DNA of 64,000 nucleotides, from positions 43,374,341 through 43,438,340 of the forward strand of contig NC_068997.1 in assembly GCF_001194135.2 (NCBI RefSeq), given 5' to 3'. The stretch is from Octopus bimaculoides. Taxonomy: Eukaryota. The notes under the pieces were generated by a model. That model was not told the DNA's origin, searched no databases, and was given only the letters and a program-made list of their open reading frames with translations. This document shows, piece by piece, positions 28,246-42,079 of the stretch; within the stretch, counting starts at the first letter, position 1; every line of letters starts with the position of its first letter. Both the position numbers and the translations under genes were made by a program.

Positions 28246-28280
<35 letters not shown>

Positions 28281-31039
28281 NNNNNNNNNNNNNNNNNNNN
28301 NNNNNNNNNNNNNNNNNNNNNNNNNNNNNNNNNNNNNNNNNNNNNNNNNNNNNNNNNNNNNNNNNNNNNNNNNNNNTCACTCACTCACTCACTCACTCAC
28401 TCACTCACTCACTCACTCACTCACTCACTCACTTATTTATGCTCACTCACCTGCACATATACATGCAATGGGAATGAGCCCAAAAACCAGTTTTCACTTT
28501 CCATCTACCAACTTAATTCACAAATCATTGATCAGTCTGGCGCTATCGAAGACACTTGCCCATTGTGCTATGCAACAGGAACAAGCACAAAACCATGTAG
28601 TTTAGAAGCCAACTTCTTTACCACATAGCCAGTCACTAATGTTGTCTCACACAGGCACAAGGCCACAACAATTTTAATGGCAAGTTATAATAGTTGTTTA
28701 GATCAACTCCAGTACTGGAATTGTATGTTATCTTTTTTGATGTTGGAAATCATCATCATCATCGTTTAACGTCCGCTTTCCATGCTAGCATGGGTTGGAC
28801 GATTTGACTGAGGACTGGTGAGCCAGATGGCTACACCAGGCTCCAATCTGATTTGGCAGGGTTTCTATGGCTGGATACCCTTCGTAATGTCAACCACTCC
28901 GAGAGTGTAGTGGGTACTTTGAATATGAAAGGCGAAATTGATCTCATTAAGATTTAAACTCAACATTAAGAGCCCTACCAGCTGTTTTTGTTCTGAATTC
29001 TGTAAAGCAGAGATCAACTGTACTGCAATACTGTAAGATAGGATATATCTGTATTATATGTGAAAATTTTCTTGATTATCCTCCCTTTTCCATCACAGGC
29101 AATGTTTATGTAAGCAAGAGCTAAACAAGAGCACCTTGGGCAATTGTCTTCCACTATAGACCTGGACCAACCAATGACTTACAAGTGAATTTAGTAGATG
29201 GAAACTGTATGGCAGTCCATTCTGTGCATGTGTGTGTTTGTGTTTATCCTTCACTGGTTGACAACTTGGTGTTGATTTGTTTGCATCACCATAACTTAGC
29301 AGTTCAGCAAAAGGTATCAATAGAATAAATAACAGGCTTAAAATAATAAGTCCTGGAGTCAATGTGTTTGACTAAACCCTTCAAAGCAGTAACCCAGCAT
29401 GGCTGCAGTCTAACAACTGAAACAAGTAAAAGATAAAAATCTTGACACCAAAAAAGAAAAGGAAAATGAAAGCACTCTAAATGTCATCTACTGCTCAATG
29501 GCCCACAATTACATTAAATTTGAAAACTTTTTAGAAAAGGTCTGAAATCCAAGAGAAAGCCACTTCAGTGGCTTCCTTTTCAGGATGCTGCCGACCTCTG
29601 TCGTAAGGTTTTTATCTAATCTTCTATCATTCATCATCATCATGCATCTGTTTTCCATACTGGATATGGGCTACATGGTTTGACAGCTGGTAAGGCCAGA
29701 AGCTGCACCAGACTCCATTGTCTGTTCTGGCATGGTTTCTATGGCTGGATGCCCTGCCTAATGCTAACCACTTTACAAAGTGCACTGGGTGCTTTTAATG
29801 TGGCACCAGTACCAGTGCTTTTAAAGTGACACCGGTACCAGTGTTTTTTATGTGGCACCAGCACTGGTGTGCTTTACATGGCACAATGCTTTTAATGTGG
29901 CATTATCACCAGTGTTTTTATGTGGTACCAGCACCAGTGCTTTTTACGTGGCACTGTTAGTGTAAGGTAAGAATTTTCATATGAATTGATCTTTGTATAT
30001 GACAGGCAGTTATTTCATCAATCTCAGAGGGTACAAGTGCCAAAGTCAACCTTGGCAAAGTATTTGAACTGAAAATCTCTTTGGAATGACATTAAATACA
30101 CTACAGAACTTAACCTGGCATTCAAGCATCGCTTCCAACTCACCGTCTAATGATTCTAGTCATTAGTTACAAAATATTACAACTGAGTAACAGGTGTGAC
30201 TGATTTTGCAGCTGTTACATCGGTTTAATACTCATACTTTTCTACATTGATAGATGATTAATATACAAAAGGCTTTTTCTCATACATTTTCGTATCAGCT
30301 TTGTGTGTGTGTATGTATGTGTGTGTGGATATATTTCTTGTGTGAATGTTAGATTTTAGTGTTACACATCAATGAACAAACATAAGTATGTCAATGTGCA
30401 TGTGTTACATACAGATAGATATCCACAGCTAAACACTTAAGTATATATATATTTTCCCTGTTTGTGTTTTTGTGGTTATGTTACACACACATATACAGAC
30501 AGACAGGTAAGTAGATAGAGAGAAAGTGAGAGAGAAAAACACACATACATACAGGCATAAATATATATGTAGACACATTGACATAGAGTAGTAACAACAG
30601 TAAAATCTATCATGTATTGAAGTGGGGGGTGGTTTTACTACACACTTTCCTAACATATCACTGTATTACCACTTGCAGAGTGATTGAGTATAATTTTTGA
30701 AATTAATACATATAGATGTTTTCCTGAACCAATGAGGCTTTTCTAAGTTTTTTGCCGTTTAGCCTCAGACCATCCCCTGTTCATACAGACAGCATTCAAG
30801 CTGTGACCATCTTGTTTTTTCTCTTTCATACAGGGAGAATCAGAACCACTTTATCCAATGAGTTCATTTTTTTAACATGGTAGAATTTAGTTTTAATGAT
30901 ATTCGGCTTCTATTTTCAGCAGGTAACTATGTAAAATGAGGTGGCAGCAGTTAATGTGCTCTCAGCTACTACCACCACTACCCACAATCCACCACCCCCA
31001 CTAATAATTTTAAATTACTTCCAACCAATTATCGACCTT

Positions 31040-32285
31040 CATCATCATCATTTAATGTCTGCCTTCCATGCTGGCATAGGTTGGATGGCTTGACAGGAGT
31101 CGGCCAGGTAGAAGACTACCTCAGGCTACTATGTCTGTTTTGGCAGGGCTTTTACAGCTGATTTTTACCTTTCTAACACCAACTACTCTGTAGAGTCAAC
31201 TGAGTGCTTTTTACGTGGGACCAGTACAGACAAGGTCAGTTTTGGCATGGGTTTTACAGCTGGATGCCCTTCCAAATGCCAAGCACTTTACTGTGTGGAC
31301 TGGATACTTTTTATGTGTCACTGGCAGGGTCACCAAATAACTTGCAAGACAAGGAATTTTGAGAGGGAAGAAAGCATTGTCATTGCCTCTGTGAGGCCTA
31401 ACATTCAAAGGTGATGCTTCACCACCTCGTCCCATGTCTCCCTGGGTCTCCCTCTACCCTGGATTCCTTCAACTGTTTGGGAGTGGCACTTCTTCACACA
31501 GCTTTCCTCATCCATCCATTGTACATGACCATACCAATGCAAACGTCTCTCTTGCATGCCACATCCAATGCTTCTTATGTCCAACATTTCTCTCGGGGCA
31601 CTTACACTCTGTCATGTGTGCACACTGACATTACACATCCAGCGGATCATGCTAGCTTCATTTTTTTTGAGCCTACGCATGTCTTCAGCAGTTATGGCCC
31701 ATGCTTCACTGCCGTGAGGCATGGCAATTTACACACATGCATCGTACAATCTACCTTTCACTCTGAGCGAGAGGCCCTTTGTCACCAGTAGGGGTAGAAG
31801 CTTTCTGAACTTTTCCCAGGCTATTCTTATTCTAGTGGTAACACTCTCTGAGCATNNNNNNNNNNGAGCGAGAGGCCCTTTGTCACCAGTAGGGGTAGAA
31901 GCTTTCTGAACTTTTCCCAGGCTATTCTTATTCTAGTGGTAACACTCTCTGAGCATCCACCCCCCCACTACAGACTTAGTCACCTAGGTAGCGGAAGCTA
32001 TCAACTACTTCTAGTTTCTCCCCTTGGCATGTGATGGAATCTGTTTCTGAGCATCTTTGGTGTTTATTGCCCCAGTGCATCTACCGCACACAAAAGCTAT
32101 CTTCCCGGTTAATCTTCCTTTGATGTTGCTGCACCTCTTATGTGTCCATAGCTTACACTGGGTACATCTTAATGGAGTTTCCACCTACACTTTTTCTACA
32201 GATCAAGCAGGGCCACCTACATGAAAGGGTGTGTGATATGTTCGCCTTCCTACTTACTAGAACTTTGGTCTTTGCATACCATGGA
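31040..32285 (-). mobile_element. 5'-truncated RTE-clade LINE relic (RT C-terminal half and 3' UTR with (GAT)n tail)
   Basis: Minus-strand translation: AKTKVL..., EKLEVVDSFRYLGD, RIRIAWEKFRKLLPLL..LSLRVKGRLYDACV*, RRLHWYGHVQWM...GRGRPRETW. Contains in-frame stops and frameshifts. Confidence 0.9.
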
Positions 32286-32369
32286 CTCCTGTCATTAGGT
32301 TCAGCAATTTCTCGCCAAACACATGATTTGTTTATAGTGATCAAATGTTTGTGTACACATAAGCTGACT

Positions 32370-32554
32370 CTCTCCATCAAATCTACATTACCTGTACAGG
32401 TGCACTATGTACCACATGTCAGATGATGAAATGATCACAGAACAACATGGAATGAAGTGCTTTGCTCAAGAACACAACGCAATGCCCAGTCTGAGAATCA
32501 AACCCATAACATTGCAATTGTAAGTGCAATGCTCTAACCACTAAGCCATGTGCC

Positions 32555-32560
<6 letters not shown>
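32370..32560 (-). mobile_element. tRNA-derived SINE, family H. Also ~15050-15270(-), 52640-52870(-), 57265-57430(-)
   Basis: Reverse complement GTGAAGGCACATGGCTTAGTGGTTAGAGC...GTGTTCTTGAGCAAAGCACTT. Confidence 0.7.
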
Positions 32561-32595
<35 letters not shown>

Positions 32596-33991
32596 GGCAG
32601 AAAATTAGCAATCATTAGAGTATTGAATGTCTCATAGTATTTTTCTGAGTCTCTGTGCTCTTTGTTCAAATTCTGCCCAGGTCAACTTTGTCTTTCATTC
32701 TTTCAAGATCAATAAAAGAAGTTCTCATTCTTCACCCTGAATTGCTACTGTTTTTTATTGACCAATTCAGGGCAGTGGACTGACAAAATTGTTAGGACAT
32801 TGGACAGGATGTTTTGTCATACTATTTCTGGCTCTTTTTCATTGTGACAGCAATGCCTACCATGACACTGGTACCAAACTGTTCTGGACTTGCCTTTCCC
32901 TCAGACATCTGTAACATAAAGGGGAGAGACTAGCATGCAAGGGCAACTGCTAATTTTCTATGGAAAAGCTTTCCCAGGTCTGCACATAGAGGTGCAGAGA
33001 CATGATCAACCTTCACTGATGGAGGCATTAGATATACAATCCTGTGGTTAAGAAGTTTGCTTTACATTCCAGGGTTCCTGGTTCAATCATACTGAATGGC
33101 GCTTTAGGCCAGTGCCTTCTACATTAGGCATCAATTGACCGAAACCTTATTAGAACTTGATAGTCAGAAACTATGTGGATGTCCATTGGAGGAGCTGTTC
33201 CCCTTTCCTAATTGGACACCATCATCTGGCCTTTGAGTTCACTTTGTTGCAAGCATTAAGAACCAACTCTCCAATTTGAAGATACTTGACCATTTTTCCC
33301 CCTATAGAACATAGACCTTTCATGACCTAACTGTATTGTTCTCTGGGTCTCTTTTCTGCCCCTTTCCCAGGTCCTGTTGGTTTTGAATTGTTCTCAATGC
33401 TTCTGTAACTTCCTTTTTTCTAGGTAGGGGTGTTGGCCCTACAAAATCCCATTTTTACCTCTGGAGTTTAGAGGTAACTTCCTCCATTACTCTGGCCTTG
33501 GTGGTCCTGCAAAAAGATCATGAGTACTACCCTTTCTCTTCTAACTAAGCTATTAAAGAGAAAATCATAAAACAATGAAGCAATTTGAGCAGCCACATAG
33601 AAGCTTCCTCGTCAGCACAAATGGGCAATCTAGATGGTGATTATGGCTTGCCATTTTATGTCGTATAAAGACACGTGTAGAAGCCACAAGGAAGTCTTAT
33701 TGATGTTTCTAGATTATCTCTGTAAGATAGTAAACATTTGTCAGTAGTCAATAGAGTTAGTATTAAGTCTCCTGTAATAACTGACTAATCCTTTAATCCT
33801 TCTGCAGTTCAGCTTTAGCATATTTGATTACAACGTAATAACTAGGTTTGTGTGTGTGTATCTATGCATGTTTGAGTGTTGTTAATCTGAGGAAGGAAGG
33901 GATGAATCACATTTATGTTTATTCTAGTCAAGAGACTGTGATGATTGGAAGATAGCAAGGTTTAATTTGAATTGTTATTGATGTCTGAAAT

Positions 33992-34030
<39 letters not shown>

Positions 34031-34675
34031 GTGTTTATAATATATGTGTGTGTGTGCTTTATATTACATAATATAGTGTATTAAAAATGTTTGAGTTTAA
34101 TCTTTTTTGACCTTCCTACCAAAATTGGTGTATCAGCATGGCTACACATGGTTGTGCAGATGACCTCAAACAGTACAGCACTGGGCAAAATACATTTAAT
34201 CTTACTTGTGAGGTTCAAATCCTGCATATGGTGACCTTACTGTTCAGCCTTTTGGAGTAAAAAAATTTTTTAAATAAGTAAAAGAGAGACAGCAATATAT
34301 TGGTGATTATTCAATGGACTTTGATCTTCTGCTACAATCATTGATCTTGTGTGTGATCATAAGAAATCAATGTTTAATTTGCTTTTCAAATGGTAGACGT
34401 GTTAATGGTTAGAAGGAAAACATAGAGGAGTGATTGCACGACAGTGTAGATCATAGGGAATGGAGGATTAATGAACTCCTTTGTCTTCAGTGTTTCAAAG
34501 CTGTTACTGCTACTGTCATCATTAGCTAAATATATGTTTACTTTAATCTCCTTTGATTTGTGCCTAGGATCAGAAAGAGTCTGTGGTAAATAATCTACAT
34601 CATTACAAAAATACATACATACACGCACGCACACACACACACACACACACNNNNNNNNNNCACACACACACACAA

Positions 34676-34720
<45 letters not shown>

Positions 34721-36864
34721 AACCATTCCGTTGGTTGAAGAATCTTTTTTTTCTCTCTCATTACTAAGTTTCACTTTGTCATACATCCCCTCACAATTAA
34801 TAAAAGAATATACCAGTCAAGTACCAAGATGGATATAATTGGCTGTAACATTTGCCAATCCCTGCAAATTTTCACTTTGTACCAAATTTAGAATCATAAT
34901 CATCATCATCATCATTAAGGCTGTGAGTTGGCAGAATTATTAGCATGCCGGGTGAAATGCTTAGCAGCATGTCACCCATCTTTAGATTCTGAGTTCAAAT
35001 TCTGCTGAGGTTAACTTTGCCATTCATCCTTTCGAGGGCAATAAAATAAGTACCAGTTGAACACTGGGGCCAATGTAATCAGTTGATTACAGAATTTTAC
35101 AGACGGTCCACAAATTACTGTTTTGCATTACATAATCAGAGATGCACATGCTATCAGCCACTAAAGGACATGCTCAACTGGTTACGGTCAACAAATGACA
35201 AGCAAATCTGAGGTATTGAGCAGAATATTTGCTGTAGCCCATCATTTATATCAAGACAAAACATGTACATGATAACACTTCCAATCAGTTAAGATCAGAA
35301 GCCATGAGAGCCTGTGCCTGGTATTGCATCAGAGCATTTTATTATTATTACCCCTTCTCTCAAAAATTGCTGACATTGTGCCAACATTTGAAACCGTTCT
35401 TCTTCTTGCCATTAAAATGGCCCTGGGGTACAAATATACGAAGCCCAATATGACCATCATGACTATATCATGACTTATTTGTCTGATAAGGGTACACCAG
35501 GCACATATGTGCATGACATGTTGATTTCATATCAAGATAAACAGTGCATGACCTTGCAGGTGGGGCTCAGTTAGAACTTTTTTCAGGTTGAGTAGCTCAT
35601 CTTGCTCAAAAGATCCATGAATAAGGGTTGTTTAATGAAATAAAGATGTTGAATGCAACACCCATGTTTCCAGAGGTGAATTATTCAAACCCCAGAGAGT
35701 TCCTCACAACACATGGCTATGATGCTCCCCCTCTACTTCTGCTCATGGTCAGAGATGCACATATCATCAGCCACCAAGGGACATGCTCAACTGGTTATGG
35801 TCAAACAACTGACAAGCAAATCTGTGGTATTAAGCAGAATATTTGCTGTAGCCCATCTTTTATACCAGGACAAAATATGTACATGATAACACTTCCAATC
35901 AGTTAAGATCAGAAGCTATGAGAGCCAGTGTCTGATATTGCATCAGAGCATTTTATTATCATTATTATTATTATCATTATCAACGGTAATAATAATTCAG
36001 AGTATTTGGGTAATTTATAAATTAACAGTGTAATGTGGTAAATCGGTAATTAAGTAGTCTTATTCTTTCAGTAGTGGTAAAAAGATTGACTCAGGGGTGG
36101 GAGCTACAGTAGAACCAATTCTTTCTTGATCTCTCCACATACCTGATCCTAAGAAACAGGAGTGGGGCAGGGGATCACACCCCCACTCCCCAGTACTTGA
36201 TTGGTACTGTACTTATCAACTCTAAAAGGATGAGAGACCAAGTTAGCCTGAGTGAGATTTATACAGAAAAGTAATGTAGACGGTCAGAATAAAATACCAC
36301 AAATATCATTAAAAAGTTTAACTCTGAAGTGAAGTGTGTTTTTTTTTTTTAACACAATTCATTTGTAAAGGGATTTTTTCCCCAGATGAAAACTACAGCT
36401 TCTGGCTTTTCAGTGATACATGTACATTAACTATCATTTAGATAGAGATTTTATTCTAGAGCTACTTTGATTGTATAATTCGAATTTTATTCAGTCTTAG
36501 TGGTGTCATTGCAAACCACTGTGTTGTTTATCCACTGTTTCTGTATACTTCAGACTGGCCAATTTGGCCTTGTTTTAGAAGTGGTATGAGTATGTGACAT
36601 TGGTAAACTAGAAAAATTGCATAATGTGCATCTGTTGTTCTCCCAGTCACTTTCAGGAAGATTTCATTTCATCAAGCTCTGATGTATAGATGTGTCATAA
36701 AAATTTTATTCTAGAACTGCTTCTAATGCATAATTCACACACACATACACACACACACGTGTGTGTATTGACCACATGCAAACATCCGGGCACCAGTAAC
36801 AACACACTTCCTAAATCAATTTATCTCGTTTTCTTGACCTAATTAAATCTAAAACACACATGCC

Positions 36865-36907
<43 letters not shown>

Positions 36908-37544
36908 GTTTTGAATCAATCCTAAGGAATCAACAATGATATGCGTCAAGTCTATTTGATCTCTCGTTGTTCCAGATAGACTATAGATTATACTATAATG
37001 TAGGTACAACAACCAAACTAACTGATACTTCATTCCACATTGTATAATTATGTAAGCAACAGAGTAACTGTCTAAATTTAAGCTGGACACACCTCACCTG
37101 CCTACCTGTCTACTGTAGGTAGTGATGTCCTAATTTATCCATCACTACTGACATCCTGCTGCACATGCCTGTGAGTGAGCCTCTACATGACCAGTTGATC
37201 TGCTAGAAATAACAGTTTCATCTCCCTTTAAAAAAATACAGAATACATTAGATAATATGATCCAAGATACACAATTTCAAAAATGAAAGAAAGGCTAGTC
37301 AGAGTTAACCTTGTTTTAAGCAACATCCTGACATATGCAATGTATTTGGGTTCATATGTCTTCATCATTTAATTAGTCTCAGGTTAGCCCTCACTGAACT
37401 GGCCTATGATCAAATGTATCCTAACCAAAACCATCCAACCTCTTTCTCTGGCACACTGCACTCAGCACCAAATTATTTAATGTGTCCTTTCCATTGTTTT
37501 ATTTCACATTCATTTTCATTGTACCCACTGTTTACTATCGGTGG

Positions 37545-37912
37545 AGGTGCAATGGCTCAGTGGTTAGGGCAGTGGAATTGCGGTTTCGATTCCCAGACCG
37601 GGCGTTGTGAGTGTTTATTGAGCGAAAACACCTAAAAGCTCCACGAGGCTCTGGCAGGGGATGGTGGCGAACCCTGCTGTACTCTTCCTCCACAACTTTC
37701 TCTATCTCTTACTTCCTGTTTCTGTTGTGCCTGTAATTCAAAGGGTCAGCCTTGTCACACTGTGTCACGCTGATTATCCCCGAGAACTACGTTAAGGATA
37801 CACATGTCTGTGGAGTGCTCAGCCATTTGCATCTTAATTTCACGAGCAGGCTGTTCCGTTGATAGGATCAACTGGAACCCTCGACGCCGTAAGCGATGGA
37901 GTGCCAACAGTT
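37545..37912 (+). mobile_element. tRNA-derived SINE, family F. Related 3' parts at ~43140-43295(+) and 53140-53290(-)
   Basis: GGTGCAATGGCTCAGTGGTTAGGGC...GGTTTCGATTCCC head; GC-rich, well-preserved body. Confidence 0.7.
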
Positions 37913-39694
37913 TGTTATTGTACCATTTTGTTTTTTTTGTTTTGTTTTTCTTTTATGTTTTGTTTGTCCAACTTTATATATTGTTTATCAGTCTCCTTCT
38001 TACTTTATTTATCTTTAGTCATTTTACTTGTGTGTTTTTTATCTTCTACATACACATACACACAAGAGGAAACGGTTGTCATAGCTGATATGTCTTTATT
38101 TATATGTTTGTTCAGTCAAGGCTAATTTGAACCTAAGTAACAATAACAACTCAGAGCATGGATGGTTGACTGGATTGTGTAGATAGGTTCCATCCAAACT
38201 GCCAACTAAGAGATTGACAGTTCACATTCTGTTACCACTTAGCCAAGACAGTTAATTCCCACATCATCTGACTATGCATGATTTGTTTCTGAGACAGGCA
38301 CCAGGCCTCATATTTGGAAGATTTAAATACAAAAAAAAAAAACAGGGAAGAAGAGAGAGGTAAGAAAATAAAAAAAGTTGGGTGAGGATAAAGCAGCAGA
38401 TGATGAAGTGGAAGTGGGCAGTGGACCACATATCCCAGAACAAATAGGGTGCTCAGCTGCGCCCCACAGTAATGACCGTGAGGACATTGCTGCAGAGAAT
38501 GGCCAGTGACACTTGCTGCAACAGCCACTCCACTCTGCAGGCTCGTTTCTCTGAAGAGCCGTTGTTATCCCTGTTTTGCTGAGGAAATCGGTAGTACAGA
38601 GTCCTAGAACACCTGACATCTCGATGGTGACCATTACAAACTGATAGCAGCTGGCCAGTCCCTTGTATTTATTGATTTTTCTCTCCTCCATATTATTGTG
38701 GTGACACCCAGATTTGCAGTAGATGCTTCTAGACATTTAACTCAACTCTTTGGTAATTATGTCATCAGCTGCAGAAAGATGAAAGGCAAAGTTTACTTAA
38801 ATGGGATTTGAACTCTGAACATATTATAAGTAGATACTGAAGGATAGCAATAACCAGCTCTTTACTACAAACAGCAATAACATTGCAAAATTAAAGGGTG
38901 TTTTATTAACTTATAATACTGAGTTTAACTTCTTTTGGTGCTGCTGTCAGACTCACATCAACCCTAATCAAACTGACCGGTGATCAAAGGGCTCGACCTT
39001 TTCTTTCAAGTAGTCCAGTGTGTCCTTGTTTTAAAGACTGAATGTTGGATTGAAGGGAGATGTAACTGCTACTTCTAGCAGTTGGATCACCATTTAGAAA
39101 CTCCTTCATTCACTCATATTTCCTCTGTTGGAATAGCTTGGAGAGAGACAGGTTCTGCTGAACTTATTTAAGTTTCCTTGAACACTAGTATTGCATTTTG
39201 GTCTTAAAGACTGTTATTCCAAAGTCTCCTCACCACCACATGTTATTGTATACCCAGACACCATAATCTAGAGTTTTCATCACTGTCCCTATAACACTGG
39301 CTTTAGAGATCCCCTCACTCTGTTATTTATATATCAAAAAATAAGACAGGATGGTCATGGCTAGAAAGCCTCTGGTCTAGATATGCACCATCAGGGATGA
39401 CCTTGGGCTTCTCAGAATAATGAAAAGCAATGTTGGATTTGAACTCATAATCTAGAGAGCTGAAACTCATCCCGGTCAACATCCTCCAGATATCAACTTC
39501 AAATGTCTGAACTAGAATATTCTCTCTCATTCACCTAATTTCTGCCATCAACAAATGACTAAATGTTAGGAATAGAACAATAATAGTTTATCATTGTATT
39601 GGTTTATGCATTCTTTCAACTCCTTTCCCAGCTACCAATTAAAATGACCTTTCACCTTATATTTAATTACTACCACCTTGTCTCAATGTAACCC

Positions 39695-39753
<59 letters not shown>

Positions 39754-40309
39754 TACACACACACACATACATACACACATACATACACACACACACACAT
39801 ACACACCTTTTATAATTTTTTTAGCAGCAAAATCAGTTGGGAAAATATGTTATAAACAAATAACATTGTTAGATAAAATTATTGTTGTTGTTGTTGTTGT
39901 TAGTATTTTTATCATTGAGAAAAACAGATGTTAGGAAATCAATTTAGGTTAGTCAATGAATGGAAATTATAAAGTACAACAATGGAGNNNNNNNNNNATA
40001 TATGTGTGTGTGTGTGTGTGTGTGTATAAATATACACATACATATATATGTACACTCACACACTGATTAGCCTCTCTTCTCTCTGTTCACTGTGGCACTG
40101 GAAATGCTATTTGAAGTTTCTGTATTCAATCTTTACACTACCCGCCCCTGTTATCATTCTACCTTTCTTCCATTTTCATCCCTTCAATTACTCTATCTTG
40201 CTTCTATTATTATGCCTGTGTAAGAAGGTTAGACATCAAATATACCAAAATTCAGTATCCTCTACCATCACACACACTCTCTCTCTCTTTCTCTCTCTCT
40301 CTCTCTTTA

Positions 40310-40343
<34 letters not shown>

Positions 40344-40924
40344 ATATTGTTACTGATCTCTGCACTCTGTCACCATTACACATTTTTAATGTTATTCCAT
40401 CGCAATGCTTATGCAGTTATATTTTCATTCAGTCTCCTCAACAACTATCATGTAACTATCACTGTCTCTCTTCTTTTACTTCTTCCTTTACTGTCTTTTC
40501 ACTTTTTTTCACTGTTTCTACAAGCAAACTCATACCTGCACACCCTTCATTCATCTATTATTATTATTCTCTCTTCTATTCACTCTTAAATCTTTCAAAG
40601 AAGAAGGTAACCCTTCTAGTGCAGGTCAGTCAGTTTAATCTATCATCATCATCGTTATTTAACATCCATCTTCCATGCTGGCATGGGTTGTACACTTTGA
40701 CAGGAGCTTGCAAGCCAGAGAGCTGCACTTGCTCCATTGTCTGCATTGGCATGGTTTCTATGGTTGGATGCCCTTCCTAACACCAACCACTTTACAGAAT
40801 GTACTGGGTGCTTTTTATGTGGTACCAACACTAGTATTTTCTATATTTGTATACCAAAAAAGAACAGCTTTTCTATCAACTGTTATATAAAAATATTAAT
40901 TTCAACCTTAATCTCTCTCTCTCC

Positions 40925-40968
<44 letters not shown>

Positions 40969-41926
40969 GGTTACGAAGGGATACATTGAATTTTCCCTGA
41001 AACAGCTGTAAGACTTTATACATAAAATATAATTTTACTTACGAGTTAATTCGAAGAAGTTATATCCTCATTAGGGATTATATAATCCAAGGTAATCCAC
41101 TGTCCCACTGGTTAATCCGTATCATATAATGCAAAAGTCACTGCTGTATGTTAGTGATTATTGAAATTATATATTATCAATATTGAGGGGGGAAAAAAAG
41201 AAAATGAAGAAATAATGGATGTATGAATAGTTTATTTGTATGCTATAAAATGATGAAAATTTCTTTTAAAAAGCATACTCATAAGTGGGCCGGTTACACC
41301 CCACGTGTTTGTGTATATCATCATCATCATCATACACACATTGCCTTGCTTGCATAAAATCAAGTGAAAAATCAGTGAGGCAAATTTTTCTATGGCCAGA
41401 TGTTACCTTTCTTCATGTGTTTCCTAGCAAGGTAATTTTTTTCCCATAGCTGGATATGTTTTCAGAGAATATTGGAAACAACACTTTTTGTCTGACAATG
41501 TGCATTTACAGTTATCTCATTATGTCAAGGCAAAGAGTGCATCCTTCAAAGAAAAATGTTAACCTTAGTTATATAAGCTCATAATAACCCTGAAGAGGTT
41601 CTGTCCCATATAGTTAAAAGATGATACCTTTCTTACCATATAACAAAATACTTAGAGTTGCATATCAGCTAGGGGCTAGAACTAAAACTTATATGTAGGT
41701 TTTTTTTCACATTTTTTGTGCTTCACAACATATAATTTATTTGTATTGTTATGTTTTTAAAAAATTTCAACATCTTTATATCATACAAATAAATTTTTCA
41801 TACATCCGTTTTTCTTCATTTTCTTTCAACACACACGCTCGTACACACACACACACACACACACAATTAACCCTATAAGTATTGTTGGATTATTAATTTA
41901 TCATAACCTATTTCTCATTCTTACAG

Positions 41927-42079
41927 ATTCCCTGTTGTGAAAATAACAGTGAATGCTGCACTGGTAAATCATCAAACATAACATGTCCATGCCAGCCATG
42001 TCTACCCAAACTAAAAGACCGTATACATCAAGCCTTCACCGTCACCGGTGCAATAGGATTGTTCTTTAGCTTTACTGAG
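41927..42079 (+). CDS. TSPAN13/31: Tetraspanin TSPAN13/31-like, coding exon 4 (Cys-rich EC2 and start of TM4)
   Basis: Not in the ORF track; translated by hand. Acceptor ttcttacAG at 41925-41926. 153 nt: IPCCENNSECCTGKSSNITCPCQPCLPKLKDRIHQAFTVTGAIGLFFSFTE. Donor GTAAGT at 42080. GLFFSFTE matches the family motif. Confidence 0.95.
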
